A DNA stretch of 59,634 nt, from contig CAYMQG010000045.1 in assembly GCA_964392625.1 (NCBI GenBank), forward strand, positions 1 through 59,634, in the 5' to 3' direction. The notes beneath the pieces are model-generated. The model searched no databases. It saw only the letters and a list, made by a program, of their open reading frames with translations, and was not told the origin of the DNA. Made by a program: the position numbers and the translations under genes. This DNA comes from an uncultured Gammaproteobacteria bacterium. Lineage in GTDB: Bacteria > Pseudomonadota > Gammaproteobacteria > Steroidobacterales > Foliamicaceae. This document shows, piece by piece, positions 43,568 through 54,217 of the stretch. Every line of letters begins with the position of its first letter. Positions within the stretch are counted from its first letter, which is position 1.

Positions 43568-45663
43568 CGGCGCACGTGAGCGATCGCGGCCCTGTCCGGC
43601 TGATCGAAATGAATTCCCCGCCCGTCAACGCTCTCGGAGCAAAGCTGCGGGAGCCGCTCATGGACGCGATCCGGGCCGCTTCCGGGGACGAGTCGGTCGA
43701 CGCCGTACTGTTGTCGAGCGGTTTGAAGACATGGTGCGCCGGCGCCGCCAGCAAGGAGTTCGGCCTGTCCGAACTGCCCGCGCCCGAGGCTTCTCTTAAC
43801 GCCATATGCGACGCGCTGGACGAGTGTTCCAAACCGGTCATCGCGGTGGTGGACGGAGTCGCGTACGGCGGCGGGCTGGAGCTTGTACTGGCCTGCGACT
43901 ACCGGGCCGTTTCGCCACGCGCCCGCCTTGCCTTTCCCGAAGTCAATATCGGGCTGCTGCCGGGGGCCGGCGGCACCCAGCGGACTCCACGGCTGGTCGG
44001 CGTGGAACAGGCCCTGCGGATGTGCCTGGACGGCAAACCGGTAAACGCCCGCAAGGCCCTGGAAATGGGCCTGGCCGACCGGTTGCTTGAAGACGAACTG
44101 ATCGAAGGTGCCTGCGCCTTTGCACGGGAATTGCTGTCCGCCGGGGCGCCTGTGCGAAAGATTTCCTCGGGGCCTGGAAAGCTTCCGCGGCCGGGAGAGG
44201 CGGCCGAGGTCTTCGCCGGGGCCCGGCAACTGATCGCCCGCAGGATGCGCGGACGCGACTCGCCCGAGCTGATCGTGCAATGTATCGAGCAGGCCGTGGC
44301 CTGGCGCGACGATTTTCGCGCCGGCCTGGCCGAGGAGCGGCGCCGGTTCGTCAGTTGCCTTAAGAATCCGCAGAGCAGGGCGCTTTCGCACGTGTTCTTC
44401 GCCGAACGCGCCGCGGCCAGGGGCGCCGGTGGAGCCGCCGCGCGCGCCGTCGAGCGCGCCGCGGTGATCGGCTGCGGGACCATGGGCGGCGGCATCGCCA
44501 TGAATTTCGCGATCGCCGGCATTCCGGTAACGGTGCTGGAAACCGGTCAGGAAGCGCTCGAGCGGGGAATGAGCGTGGTGCGCAGGAACTTCGAGCGTTC
44601 GGAGAAGAGCGGTCGGCTGCCTTCGGGCGGCGCCGAGCGCTGCCTGGGGCTGATCACGCCCACTACCGACTACGACGCTCTTGCCCGGGCGGACTTTGCG
44701 GTAGAGGCTGTCTACGAGAACCTGGATCTGAAAACGCGGATTTTCGCCCGGCTGGACCGCACCCTGGGCAGCGACGCGATCATAGCCAGCAACACCTCGT
44801 ACCTGGACATCGACCGGATGGCCGAAGCAACCGCCCGACCCGGGCAGGTGCTGGGCATGCATTTCTTCAGCCCCGCCAACATCATGCGCCTGGTGGAAGT
44901 CATCGAGGGCCGGCACAGTTCGGCGGAGGCTGTCGCGACCGCGTTTTCGCTTGCATCGCGCATGAAGAAGATTCCCGTGTGGTCGGCCAACAGCAACGGA
45001 TTCATCGGTAACCGCATGTTGTCGGGATACATGTTCGAGGCCTTTGAGTTGCTGTTCGAGGGTACGCCGCCGGAGTCGGTCGACGCGGCCCTGCGGGACT
45101 TCGGGCTTCCCATGGGACCTTTCCAGATGGCCGACCTGGTGGGCCTGGACCTGGGTTGGCGGGCCCGGGAGCTGGCCGGCAAGCCGCTTGAGGAGCGAAA
45201 GCCGGGCGAGCGCCTGGGCGATGCCCTTTGCGAGCGCGACCGCTTCGGGCAGAAGAACGGCCGCGGCATCTACAACTACAGTCCCGGCAGCCGGGTTCCG
45301 GAACCCGATTCCGCGGTCGCCGGCCTGATCGGGGAACTGGCGGAAGAGCTGGGCTACGAACGTGGACCGCCCGCGGGCGGCGAAGAGATCGTCAAGCGAT
45401 GCATGTACCCGCTCGTGAACGTCGGTTCGGCGCTGCTTGCGGAGGGCGTGGCCAGGGCGGCTTCGGACATCGATGTCGTCTATGTCTACGGTTACGGCTT
45501 TCCGGCCTGGCGCGGCGGCCCCATGCACTACGCCGAGCAGCAGGGCCTGGACGCCGTGCTGGAGGACATTCGCGGGTTTCACGAGCGGTTCGGCGCGCGC
45601 TGGACGCCGGCGCAAAAGCTGGTTGAAGCGGCCGCCGCCGGCCGGGGATTCGGCGACGGGTAG
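43564..45663 (+). CDS. Bifunctional enoyl-CoA hydratase / 3-hydroxyacyl-CoA dehydrogenase
   Basis: PPVNAL, GGGLE, PEVNIGLLPGAGG; GCGTMGGG, EAVYE, SNTS, GMHFFSPAN, GFIGNRM. Confidence 0.93.
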   Translation: MTAHVSDRGPVRLIEMNSPPVNALGAKLREPLMDAIRAASGDESVDAVLLSSGLKTWCAGAASKEFGLSELPAPEASLNAICDALDECSKPVIAVVDGVAYGGGLELVLACDYRAVSPRARLAFPEVNIGLLPGAGGTQRTPRLVGVEQALRMCLDGKPVNARKALEMGLADRLLEDELIEGACAFARELLSAGAPVRKISSGPGKLPRPGEAAEVFAGARQLIARRMRGRDSPELIVQCIEQAVAWRDDFRAGLAEERRRFVSCLKNPQSRALSHVFFAERAAARGAGGAAARAVERAAVIGCGTMGGGIAMNFAIAGIPVTVLETGQEALERGMSVVRRNFERSEKSGRLPSGGAERCLGLITPTTDYDALARADFAVEAVYENLDLKTRIFARLDRTLGSDAIIASNTSYLDIDRMAEATARPGQVLGMHFFSPANIMRLVEVIEGRHSSAEAVATAFSLASRMKKIPVWSANSNGFIGNRMLSGYMFEAFELLFEGTPPESVDAALRDFGLPMGPFQMADLVGLDLGWRARELAGKPLEERKPGERLGDALCERDRFGQKNGRGIYNYSPGSRVPEPDSAVAGLIGELAEELGYERGPPAGGEEIVKRCMYPLVNVGSALLAEGVARAASDIDVVYVYGYGFPAWRGGPMHYAEQQGLDAVLEDIRGFHERFGARWTPAQKLVEAAAAGRGFGDG

Positions 45664-45666
45664 CGC

Positions 45667-48300
45667 ATGACAGCCGGCGCACGGCCGTTGGCGGGGCATA
45701 CGCCGATGATGCAGCAGTATCTGCGCATCAAGGCGCAGCACCCGGACGCCCTGCTGTTCTACCGCATGGGCGATTTCTACGAGATGTTTTTCGGCGACGC
45801 CGAGCGTGCGGCCGTGCTGCTGGACATCGTTCTGACCACTCGCGGCCAGTCGAACGGCGAAGCGATTCCGATGGCCGGCGTGCCGGCGCATTCGGCCGAT
45901 TCGTACATCGCCCGGCTGGCGCAAATGGGTGAATCCATAGCCATTTGCGAGCAGATCGGCCGCCCGACGCCTTCCGGCGGTCCAGTAAAGCGCGAGGTCG
46001 TGCGGCTGGTGACTCCCGGTACGCTGACCGAGGAAGCGCTGCTCGACAGCGGGTCCGAGAACCTGGTGGCCGCCCTGTACGAGAAGGATGGCGGTTACGG
46101 TCTGGCCTGGATGGAACTGAGTTCCGGCAGCTTTTCGGTCACGGAATGCGATGGCCTGGAGGAACTTGAGGGCGAGCTGCAACGATTGCGGCCCGCCGAA
46201 CTGCTGGTCGGCGAGGGGGCGCGGCTGCCGGAGGCGCTGGCCGGACGGCCGGCGGTCCATGAACGGAGAAACTGGCAGTTCAGTACCGCTTCGGCGCGGC
46301 GTTCTCTTCAGGACCAGTTCCGGGTGCATAACCTCGACGGTTTCGGCGTGGAGGACATGGACCGGGGAATCGCCGCCGCCGGATGCCTGCTGGACTACGT
46401 CAGGGACACGCAGCGCGGCGCCTTGCCTCACGTGCGCGAGCTCACCGTGGAGAGGCCGGGCGACGCGCTGTTGATGGACGCCGCCACGCGGCGCAACCTC
46501 GAACTGGACCTTTCGCTTTCCGGGCGGGACGAATACACGCTGGCCGGCGTGGTCGACCGTTGCGTAACCCCGATGGGCAGCCGGCTCCTTCGGCGCTGGA
46601 TCCACCGCCCGCTGCGTTCCCACGACGTCTTGCGGTTCAGGTATCAGGCCCTGGACGAATTGCGCGGCGGGCAGGAGGGGTGGCGGGAGTCCATCCGGGA
46701 AGTCGGCGATCTCGAGCGGGTGCTCGCGCGCCTGGCCATTCGCACGGCCCGTCCGCGCGACCTGGAGCAGCTCCGGTCCGCCCTGAAGTCCGCGCCGGCG
46801 ATGCGCGAGCGGCTCGCGACCCTGGACGCACCGCTCCTGCAATCCCTGGCGGAGCGCATGGAAACACCGCCGGAAGGATTGCGTCTGCTGGCGGAAGCGC
46901 TGGTCGAGCATCCCGCGCCCAGGATCCGCGACGGCGAGGTGATCGCCGCCGGATACAGCGCGGAGCTGGATGAGTTGCGCGAAGTCAGCAGCAATGCCGA
47001 CGCCGCCCTGCAGGACCTTGAGAAGGAGGAACGCGAGAGCAGCGGCATCGCCAACCTGAAGCTGGGCTACAACCGGGTTCACGGCTACTACATCGAGCTT
47101 CGACGCAGCCAGGCGGAGGAAGCGCCGGAGCACTACATTCGCCGCCAGACCCTGAAGCACTCCGAGCGTTACATCACGCCGGAACTCAAGCGCTTCGAGC
47201 ACCGGGTCCTGGGCGCGCGCGAACGCGCCCAGGAACTGGAGGTGAGGCTGTACGAGGAGTTGCTGGAAAAATTGTCCCGCTGGCTGGCGGTCTGGCAGGA
47301 CCTGGCGGCCGCCGTCGCCGAAACGGACGTGCTGGTCAACCTGGCCGCCCGCTCGCTGGAACTGGGCTATGCGAGGCCGGAACTCACCGATCGTCCGGGG
47401 ATCCGGCTCAAGTCCAGCCGCCACCCGGTGGTCGAGCGCGCGCTGGATTCCGAGTTCATCGCCAACGACCTGGCGCTGGGCGACGACACCCGCATGCTGA
47501 TCGTGACGGGCCCCAATATGGGCGGCAAGTCCACCTACATGCGCCAGGTCGCGCTGATCGTGATCCTTGCGCACATCGGCAGCTTCGTCCCCGCGGCCGA
47601 GGCCGAGATCGGGCCGCTGGACCGCATATTCACGCGTATCGGCGCCGGCGACGACCTGGCCGGCGGACGCTCGACCTTCATGGTGGAAATGACGGAAACG
47701 GCCAGCATTCTGCACAATGCCACCGGACAGAGCCTGGTGCTGATGGACGAGGTGGGCCGCGGAACCAGCACCTACGACGGGCTTTCGCTGGCCTGGGCGG
47801 CGGCCGGCCATATCTCCGAGCACCTGCGCTGCTTCACGCTGTTCGCCACCCACTACTTCGAATTGACCGCGCTGGCGGAAACCGCGCCGGCCTGCGCAAA
47901 CGTCCATCTGGACGCCGTCGAGCACGCCGGAACGCTGGTGTTCCTGTATTCCGTGCGCGACGGCCCGGCCGATCGCAGCTATGGGCTCCAGGTAGCGGCA
48001 TTGGCCGGTGTCCCGAGGCAGGTCATTGCGTCAGCAAGGCGGATGCTGGAGGAACTCGAGCAGCGTTCCGGCCGGCTGATCGAGCGTGGGCAGGCGCAAT
48101 TGCCGCTCACGCTCCCCGGGCGGGAGGGCGTCCCGCCCTCCGCGAAGGCGGGGCGCCTTCGCGCCCAGGAATTTCATTCGAGGGCCGAGCAATTGCTGGC
48201 GGGGGTGGATCCCGAACAGCTCAGTCCGCGCGAGGCGCTGGATCTGCTGTTCGAACTGAAAGGAGGAAGCGGGGGAGAAAATGAGCGAGCGGGAGATTAG
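45667..48300 (+). CDS. mutS: DNA mismatch repair protein MutS
   Basis: [55 protein letters not shown]. Confidence 0.98.
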   Translation: MTAGARPLAGHTPMMQQYLRIKAQHPDALLFYRMGDFYEMFFGDAERAAVLLDIVLTTRGQSNGEAIPMAGVPAHSADSYIARLAQMGESIAICEQIGRPTPSGGPVKREVVRLVTPGTLTEEALLDSGSENLVAALYEKDGGYGLAWMELSSGSFSVTECDGLEELEGELQRLRPAELLVGEGARLPEALAGRPAVHERRNWQFSTASARRSLQDQFRVHNLDGFGVEDMDRGIAAAGCLLDYVRDTQRGALPHVRELTVERPGDALLMDAATRRNLELDLSLSGRDEYTLAGVVDRCVTPMGSRLLRRWIHRPLRSHDVLRFRYQALDELRGGQEGWRESIREVGDLERVLARLAIRTARPRDLEQLRSALKSAPAMRERLATLDAPLLQSLAERMETPPEGLRLLAEALVEHPAPRIRDGEVIAAGYSAELDELREVSSNADAALQDLEKEERESSGIANLKLGYNRVHGYYIELRRSQAEEAPEHYIRRQTLKHSERYITPELKRFEHRVLGARERAQELEVRLYEELLEKLSRWLAVWQDLAAAVAETDVLVNLAARSLELGYARPELTDRPGIRLKSSRHPVVERALDSEFIANDLALGDDTRMLIVTGPNMGGKSTYMRQVALIVILAHIGSFVPAAEAEIGPLDRIFTRIGAGDDLAGGRSTFMVEMTETASILHNATGQSLVLMDEVGRGTSTYDGLSLAWAAAGHISEHLRCFTLFATHYFELTALAETAPACANVHLDAVEHAGTLVFLYSVRDGPADRSYGLQVAALAGVPRQVIASARRMLEELEQRSGRLIERGQAQLPLTLPGREGVPPSAKAGRLRAQEFHSRAEQLLAGVDPEQLSPREALDLLFELKGGSGGENERAGD
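48115..48169 (+). repeat. Palindromic repeat copy B (cruciform, in frame within mutS)
   Basis: CCCGGGCG-GGAGGGCG-tcc-CGCCCTCC-GCGAAGGCG-ggg-CGCCTTCGC-GCCCAGG; encodes [18 protein letters not shown]. Confidence 0.85.
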
Positions 48301-48784
48301 CCGTCTTGTACGTGAACTGGGCGCCCTGTTACTGGACCGGGGCGAGACGCTGGCGCTGGCCGAATCCTGCACCGGCGGCTGGGTGGGGCAGGAGATTACC
48401 GGGCTTCCGGGAAGTTCCGGCTGGTTTGACGCCGGATTCGTGACCTATTCCAACGACGCCAAGAAGCGATTGCTGGGAGTCAGCCCGCAGACACTGGAAG
48501 AATTCGGCGCCGTCAGCGCCGAGACGGCGGTGGAAATGGCCTCCGGCGCGCTCGAGCGGGGGCAGACGGACTGGAGCCTGGCGGTGACCGGCATCGCCGG
48601 GCCCTCCGGCGGCACTCCGCTGCGCCCTACGGGCACGGTGCTTTTCGCCTGGGCGGGCCGCAATGGGCTTCGGGAGGCGGAAGCCATGCGCTTTGACGGC
48701 GACCGCCGCGCCGTGCGCATGCAATCGGTGGCGCATGCGCTGGAAGGACTGCTGAAACGCGTCAACGGGACGGCTGAGGGTTGA
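48281..48784 (+). CDS. cinA: CinA C-terminal domain protein / NMN amidohydrolase (PncC)
   Basis: AESCTGG, GSS, TYSN..K, GAVS, TGIAGP; upstream of recA. Confidence 0.9.
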   Translation: MSEREISRLVRELGALLLDRGETLALAESCTGGWVGQEITGLPGSSGWFDAGFVTYSNDAKKRLLGVSPQTLEEFGAVSAETAVEMASGALERGQTDWSLAVTGIAGPSGGTPLRPTGTVLFAWAGRNGLREAEAMRFDGDRRAVRMQSVAHALEGLLKRVNGTAEG

Positions 48785-48840
48785 TGCGAAAGGGCTTTTT
48801 TCGGCGATTTCGGGTCCGCCTGCCAATAACCCGCTCAAGC

Positions 48841-48868
48841 CGGAGAATTGACGCCGTGCAATTCGCCG
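48841..48868. promoter_or_regulatory. Operator-like inverted repeat in the recA promoter region
   Basis: CGG-a-GAATTG-N8-CAATTC-g-CCG overlapping TTGACG; TGG-AATAAT lies downstream. Confidence 0.4.
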
Positions 48869-48920
48869 CGGCTATGGAATAATCTCGGTACCGGGACCTG
48901 AGCGGGAGCACTTGAGCACA

Positions 48921-49941
<1,021 letters not shown>

Positions 49942-49949
<8 letters not shown>

Positions 49950-50391
49950 ACGTTCCGCCCTGGACGCAGCCCTGAACCTGCTGGCCCGGCGTGAACATTC
50001 CTTACGGGAATTGCGAACCAAGCTCTCTTCACGAGGCTACGAGGCGGGCGAAATCGGCAGGACGCTGGACCGGCTCGCCGGGCGCGATCTGGTCAGCGAC
50101 GAACGTTTCGCCGAGGCTTTTCTGCGTTCCCGCCTGGAGCGCGGGCAGGGGCCTCTCAGGATACGCGCGCAACTGAGGGAGCGGGGCGTGGGTGCGCCGC
50201 TGATCGACGCGGTCCTGAAAGAAGCGGAAGTCGACTGGGACCGGTGCGCGGCAACGGCGCGAAGCCGGCGCTTCGGCGAGGGGCCGCCCGGCGACCGTGA
50301 GGAAATGGCGCGGCAGGCGAGATTCCTGCGCGGCCGCGGGTTTTCGGAGGGACAGGTGGTGCGCGCCGTGCTGCGCGAAGACGCGCGATGA
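49942..50391 (+). CDS. recX: RecA regulator RecX
   Basis: [30 protein letters not shown]; follows recA. Confidence 0.93.
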
Positions 50392-53018
50392 AAACGGCCG
50401 AGATACGCTCCTCCTTCGTGGAGTTCTTTGCCGGGCGCGACCACCGGCATCTGCCCGGCTCGCCGCTGGTTCCGCGCAACGACCCCACGCTTCTGTTCAC
50501 CAACTCCGGGATGGTGCAGTTCAAGGACATCTTCCTTGGCCGCGAGCAACCGCCGCACCCGCGGGCCGTGACCGTGCAGCGCTGCCTGAGGGCTGGCGGC
50601 AAGCACAACGACCTGGAGAACGTGGGCTACACCGCCCGCCATCATACGTTCTTCGAGATGCTGGGCAATTTCAGCTTCGGCGACTATTTCAAGCGGGAGG
50701 CCGTTCGCCTGGCCTGGGATTTCGTGACCCGCGACCTGGGCCTGCCGCCCGAAAAGCTCCTCGTCACCATCTACGAGGACGACGACGAGGCGGAGCAATG
50801 CTGGCGGGAGGAGGCCGGTATCGAGGAATCGCGGATCATCCGGCTGGGCGGTTCCGGCAACTTCTGGTCGATGGGCGATACCGGCCCCTGCGGCCCCTGC
50901 TCTGAGATCTTCTACGACCACGGCCCGGACGTGGCTGGCGGCCCGCCGGGCAGCGCCGAGGAGGAAGGCGACCGCTTCGTGGAGATCTGGAACCTCGTGT
51001 TCATGCAGTACGACCGCGACGCCGAAGGCAATCTCACCGACCTGCCGAAGCCTTCCGTGGACACCGGCATGGGCCTGGAGCGCACGGCCGCGGTGTTGCA
51101 GGGCGTCAGCAGCAACTACGAAATCGACCTGTTCCGCGATCTCATCTCGGCCGCCGGCGAAATCACCGCTACGGGCGACCTCGGGTCCGACTCGCTGAAG
51201 GTCATCGCCGATCATTCTCGCGCGGCGGCCTTCCTCGTAAGCGACGGCGTTTTTCCGTCCAACGAGGGACGGGGCTACGTGCTGCGCCGCATCATTCGGC
51301 GCGCGCTGCGCCACGGCCACGATCTCGGCGTCAACGATGCCTTCCTCTACCGGATGGTTGGGCCCATTGAAGACGCGATGGGCGCGGCCTTTCCGGAACT
51401 GGGGGAATCGCGCGAGCTGGCCGAGCGGGTGCTGCGTGCCGAGGAAGAGCGGTTCGCGGCGACCCTGGAGCAGGGCATGCGCTACCTGAACCGGACTCTG
51501 GAGGACGTGCGCGACGGGGTGATTCCGGGCGAGAAGGCTTTCGTCCTGTACGACACCTATGGTTTCCCCGTGGACCTCACCGCCGATATTGCGCGCGGCC
51601 GCGGGCTCTCCGTGGACATGCCGGGTTACGATGCCGCGATGGCCCGGCAGCGAGAGCGGTCCCGCAAGTCTTCCGGCATGAGCGTGCAGCAAGACAATTC
51701 GCCCGGGGGCGAGGGCGTTCCGCCCTCGACTATTACCGCGAGCGAGTTTACGGGGTATGAGCGCCTGCAGAACCCCGCGCGCGTGATCGGAATCCGCAGC
51801 GGCGGCGAGGCGGCGGAGCAGGCGGAGCAGGGCGAAACGGCCGAAGTGGTGCTGGACCGCACGCCGTTCTACGCCGAAAGCGGCGGGCAGGTGGGTGACA
51901 CCGGCATTCTGGCCGGCGACGGACTGCGCTTCGAGGTCCGGGACACGCAGCAAACATCGGCCGGACGCGCACACATCGGCGTGCTGGCCGACGGAACCCT
52001 GCGCGTGGGCGACGAGGTGACCGCCACGGTGGACGCCGGGCGGCGCCGGGCCGTCGTTCTGAACCATTCGGCCACGCACCTGATGAACGCGGCGCTGCGC
52101 AAAGTTCTGGGGAAGCACGTGGCGCAGAAGGGCTCGCTGGTGGCGCCGGACCGCCTGCGGTTCGATTTTTCGCATTTCGAGGCGGTATCGCCGGAAGACC
52201 TCGAGCGCATCGAGGACGAAGTCAACGAGCAGATTCGCGCCAACCGGGCCGCGGAGACCAGCGAGATGGCGCTGGACGAGGCCATCGACGCGGGTGCCCT
52301 GTCCATGGCGGGCGAAGACTATGCGGAGAAGGTCCGGGTGCTGAAGCTGGGCGATTACTCGATGGAACTGTGCGGCGGCACGCACGTGCGGCGGACCGGC
52401 GACATCGGACTGTTCGCCATCGTCTCGGAATCCTCCGTCGCCGCCGGCGTGCGCCGCATCGAGGCGCTCACCGGGGCGGGGGCCTTCGAGTGGGTGCGGA
52501 ACCTGCGTCACCGAATGGGCCGTCTCGCGGGACTGCTCAAGGGCGGCGCCGACGATTCGGAAGAAAAACTCAAGGCGCTGATGAAACGCGCCAGGGAAGT
52601 GGAAAAGAACCTTGCGCAGGCGCGTGCGCGCCTGGCCGAGGGCGGCGGCGCGGCAGCCGTGCCGGTCACGCAAATTGCCGGCATCAATCTCGTGGCCATG
52701 CAACTCGATGGCGACGCCGATATGGACACGATGCGCGGCGCGGTCGACCGCTACAGGGATCGATACGAGCCGGCGGTGGTGGTTCTCGGCGCGCGCGACG
52801 GCGGCAAGGCCCGGATCGTGGCCGGCGTGAGCAAGGGCGTCCAGAAAAGCGTTCCCGCGCGCGATCTGGCGCGGGCGGTCGCGGAACAGCTGGGCGGCAA
52901 GGGAGGCGGCCGGGCCGACTTTGCGCAAGGGGGCGGGCCCGACGGGAAGGAACTCGAGCGGGCGCTCGAACGCGTTCGCGGCTGGCTGGCGGAGCGCCTC
53001 GGGGAAACCTCCGGCTAA
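50388..53018 (+). CDS. alaS: Alanine--tRNA ligase
   Basis: DPTLLFTNSGM, RHHTFFEMLGNFSFGDYFK, DTGMGLER, editing motifs NHSATH and ELCGGTH, GGKGGG. Confidence 0.98.
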   Translation: MKTAEIRSSFVEFFAGRDHRHLPGSPLVPRNDPTLLFTNSGMVQFKDIFLGREQPPHPRAVTVQRCLRAGGKHNDLENVGYTARHHTFFEMLGNFSFGDYFKREAVRLAWDFVTRDLGLPPEKLLVTIYEDDDEAEQCWREEAGIEESRIIRLGGSGNFWSMGDTGPCGPCSEIFYDHGPDVAGGPPGSAEEEGDRFVEIWNLVFMQYDRDAEGNLTDLPKPSVDTGMGLERTAAVLQGVSSNYEIDLFRDLISAAGEITATGDLGSDSLKVIADHSRAAAFLVSDGVFPSNEGRGYVLRRIIRRALRHGHDLGVNDAFLYRMVGPIEDAMGAAFPELGESRELAERVLRAEEERFAATLEQGMRYLNRTLEDVRDGVIPGEKAFVLYDTYGFPVDLTADIARGRGLSVDMPGYDAAMARQRERSRKSSGMSVQQDNSPGGEGVPPSTITASEFTGYERLQNPARVIGIRSGGEAAEQAEQGETAEVVLDRTPFYAESGGQVGDTGILAGDGLRFEVRDTQQTSAGRAHIGVLADGTLRVGDEVTATVDAGRRRAVVLNHSATHLMNAALRKVLGKHVAQKGSLVAPDRLRFDFSHFEAVSPEDLERIEDEVNEQIRANRAAETSEMALDEAIDAGALSMAGEDYAEKVRVLKLGDYSMELCGGTHVRRTGDIGLFAIVSESSVAAGVRRIEALTGAGAFEWVRNLRHRMGRLAGLLKGGADDSEEKLKALMKRAREVEKNLAQARARLAEGGGAAAVPVTQIAGINLVAMQLDGDADMDTMRGAVDRYRDRYEPAVVVLGARDGGKARIVAGVSKGVQKSVPARDLARAVAEQLGGKGGGRADFAQGGGPDGKELERALERVRGWLAERLGETSG
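51702..51728 (+). repeat. Palindromic repeat copy C (single hairpin, in frame within alaS)
   Basis: CCCGGGGG-CGAGGGCG-ttc-CGCCCTCG; encodes PGGEGVPPS. Confidence 0.75.
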
Positions 53019-53074
53019 CGCCCGCCGGCCTTCCGCGCAATACAATTGGGCCGTTTCGGCCCGGACTGAATGAC

Positions 53075-54217
53075 ATGAGCCTGCTGCGGGACCAGCCCAG
53101 TTTCACGCTGGGCGTCGAAGAGGAATATCTCCTGGTGGATGCGGAAACACTCGAGTTGGCGGTGGATCCGCCGGCCGGTTTCATGCCCGCCTGCCAGGAA
53201 CAGGTCACGGGACAGGTCGTCAACGAACTCATGCGGGCGCAGGTGGAAACCGCCACCAAGGTCTGCGCCGACGTGGCCGAGGTGCGCCGGGAACTGACCC
53301 GGCAGCGGCGCGAGATCAACGCGGTGGCCGAGCAGTTCGGAATGCGGATCATAGCCGCGTCCACGCATCCCTCGGCGCTGTGGCGCGACCAGAAGCAGAC
53401 CCCGTCGCAGCGCTATGTGACGCTGCAGGAGGAAATGCAGGCTACCGCCAGACGCATGCTGATTTGCGGCATGCACGTGCACGTCGGCATCGAGGACAAG
53501 GACCTGCGCGTGGACCTGATGAACCAGTTCCGCTATTTCCTGCCGCATTTGCTTGCACTCAGCAGTTCCTCGCCGTTCTGGGAGGGTGACGATACCGGCC
53601 TGAGCAGCTTTCGGCTGACCATTTTCTCCGGTTTGCCGCGCACCGGCCTGCCGGAGGAGTTCAACGGCTGGAGTGACTACGAGCGCCACATCGAGACCCT
53701 GGTGCAGGCCAATGTCATCGAGGATTCCTCGATGATCTGGTGGGACGTGCGGCCCAGCGCCCGCTTTCCCACGCTGGAGACGCGCATTTTCGACCTCTGC
53801 ACTTTCGTGGAGGACACGGTGTGCATGACGGCCTTCACCGTCTGCCTGGTCCGCATGCTTTGGCGCCTGCGGATCAGCAACAGCCGCTGGCGCAGCTACA
53901 ACCTGCTTCTGATTGAGGAGAATCGCTGGCGGGCCATGCGTTACGGGCCCACCGACAGTCTGCTGGACTTCGGCAAGGGCACGATGGTGCCGTTCGCGGA
54001 GTTGCTGGACGAGCTGATCACGATGATTCGCCAGGACGCGGAGTTCTTTGATTGCAAGGAGGAAATCGAACACGCGCGCACGATTCTCGAGCGCGGCACC
54101 AGCGCCAGCCTGCAGCTGGCCGCGTATCGCCGGGCCCTGGATGAAGGCGCAACCGAACAGGAAGCCCTGCGCGAGGTCGTCCGCTTCCTGGTCCAAGCCA
54201 CAATGGATGGCTGCTGA
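53075..54217 (+). CDS. Carboxylate-amine ligase / glutamate--cysteine ligase 2 (YbdK family)
   Basis: FTLGVEEE, GMHVHVG, SSPFW, WWDVRP, TLETRI, ENRWRA.RYG; TACAAT at 53041-53046. Confidence 0.92.
   Translation: MSLLRDQPSFTLGVEEEYLLVDAETLELAVDPPAGFMPACQEQVTGQVVNELMRAQVETATKVCADVAEVRRELTRQRREINAVAEQFGMRIIAASTHPSALWRDQKQTPSQRYVTLQEEMQATARRMLICGMHVHVGIEDKDLRVDLMNQFRYFLPHLLALSSSSPFWEGDDTGLSSFRLTIFSGLPRTGLPEEFNGWSDYERHIETLVQANVIEDSSMIWWDVRPSARFPTLETRIFDLCTFVEDTVCMTAFTVCLVRMLWRLRISNSRWRSYNLLLIEENRWRAMRYGPTDSLLDFGKGTMVPFAELLDELITMIRQDAEFFDCKEEIEHARTILERGTSASLQLAAYRRALDEGATEQEALREVVRFLVQATMDGC

Noticed and set aside
43249-47925. 1558-aa minus-strand ORF, and similar long antisense ORFs (1214-4351, 11925-14522, 19625-22312, 30214-32865, 33689-36379, 50037-53045)
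   Set aside because: They lie antisense to well-supported genes and have no recognisable motifs. Long stop-free shadow frames are expected with strong GC3 bias.
48595-48630. GGTP peptide in CinA resembling the antisense translation of the repeat
   Set aside because: Part of the conserved GIAGPxGG motif, and the DNA lacks the hairpin.
52370-53074. Apparent 235-aa N-terminal extension of the YbdK-family ORF, and similar extensions on nagZ, rluC, dusA, comEC, lpxK, pdxJ and the first lol permease
   Set aside because: Extensions overlap upstream genes in another frame or are Arg/Gly/Ala-rich noise; family homology starts at the downstream start codons.
53019-53074. tRNA or csrA expected after alaS
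   Set aside because: The spacer is only 56 bp and holds TACAAT and a GGGCCG-ttt-CGGCCC hairpin; no cloverleaf or T-loop GTTCGA motif.
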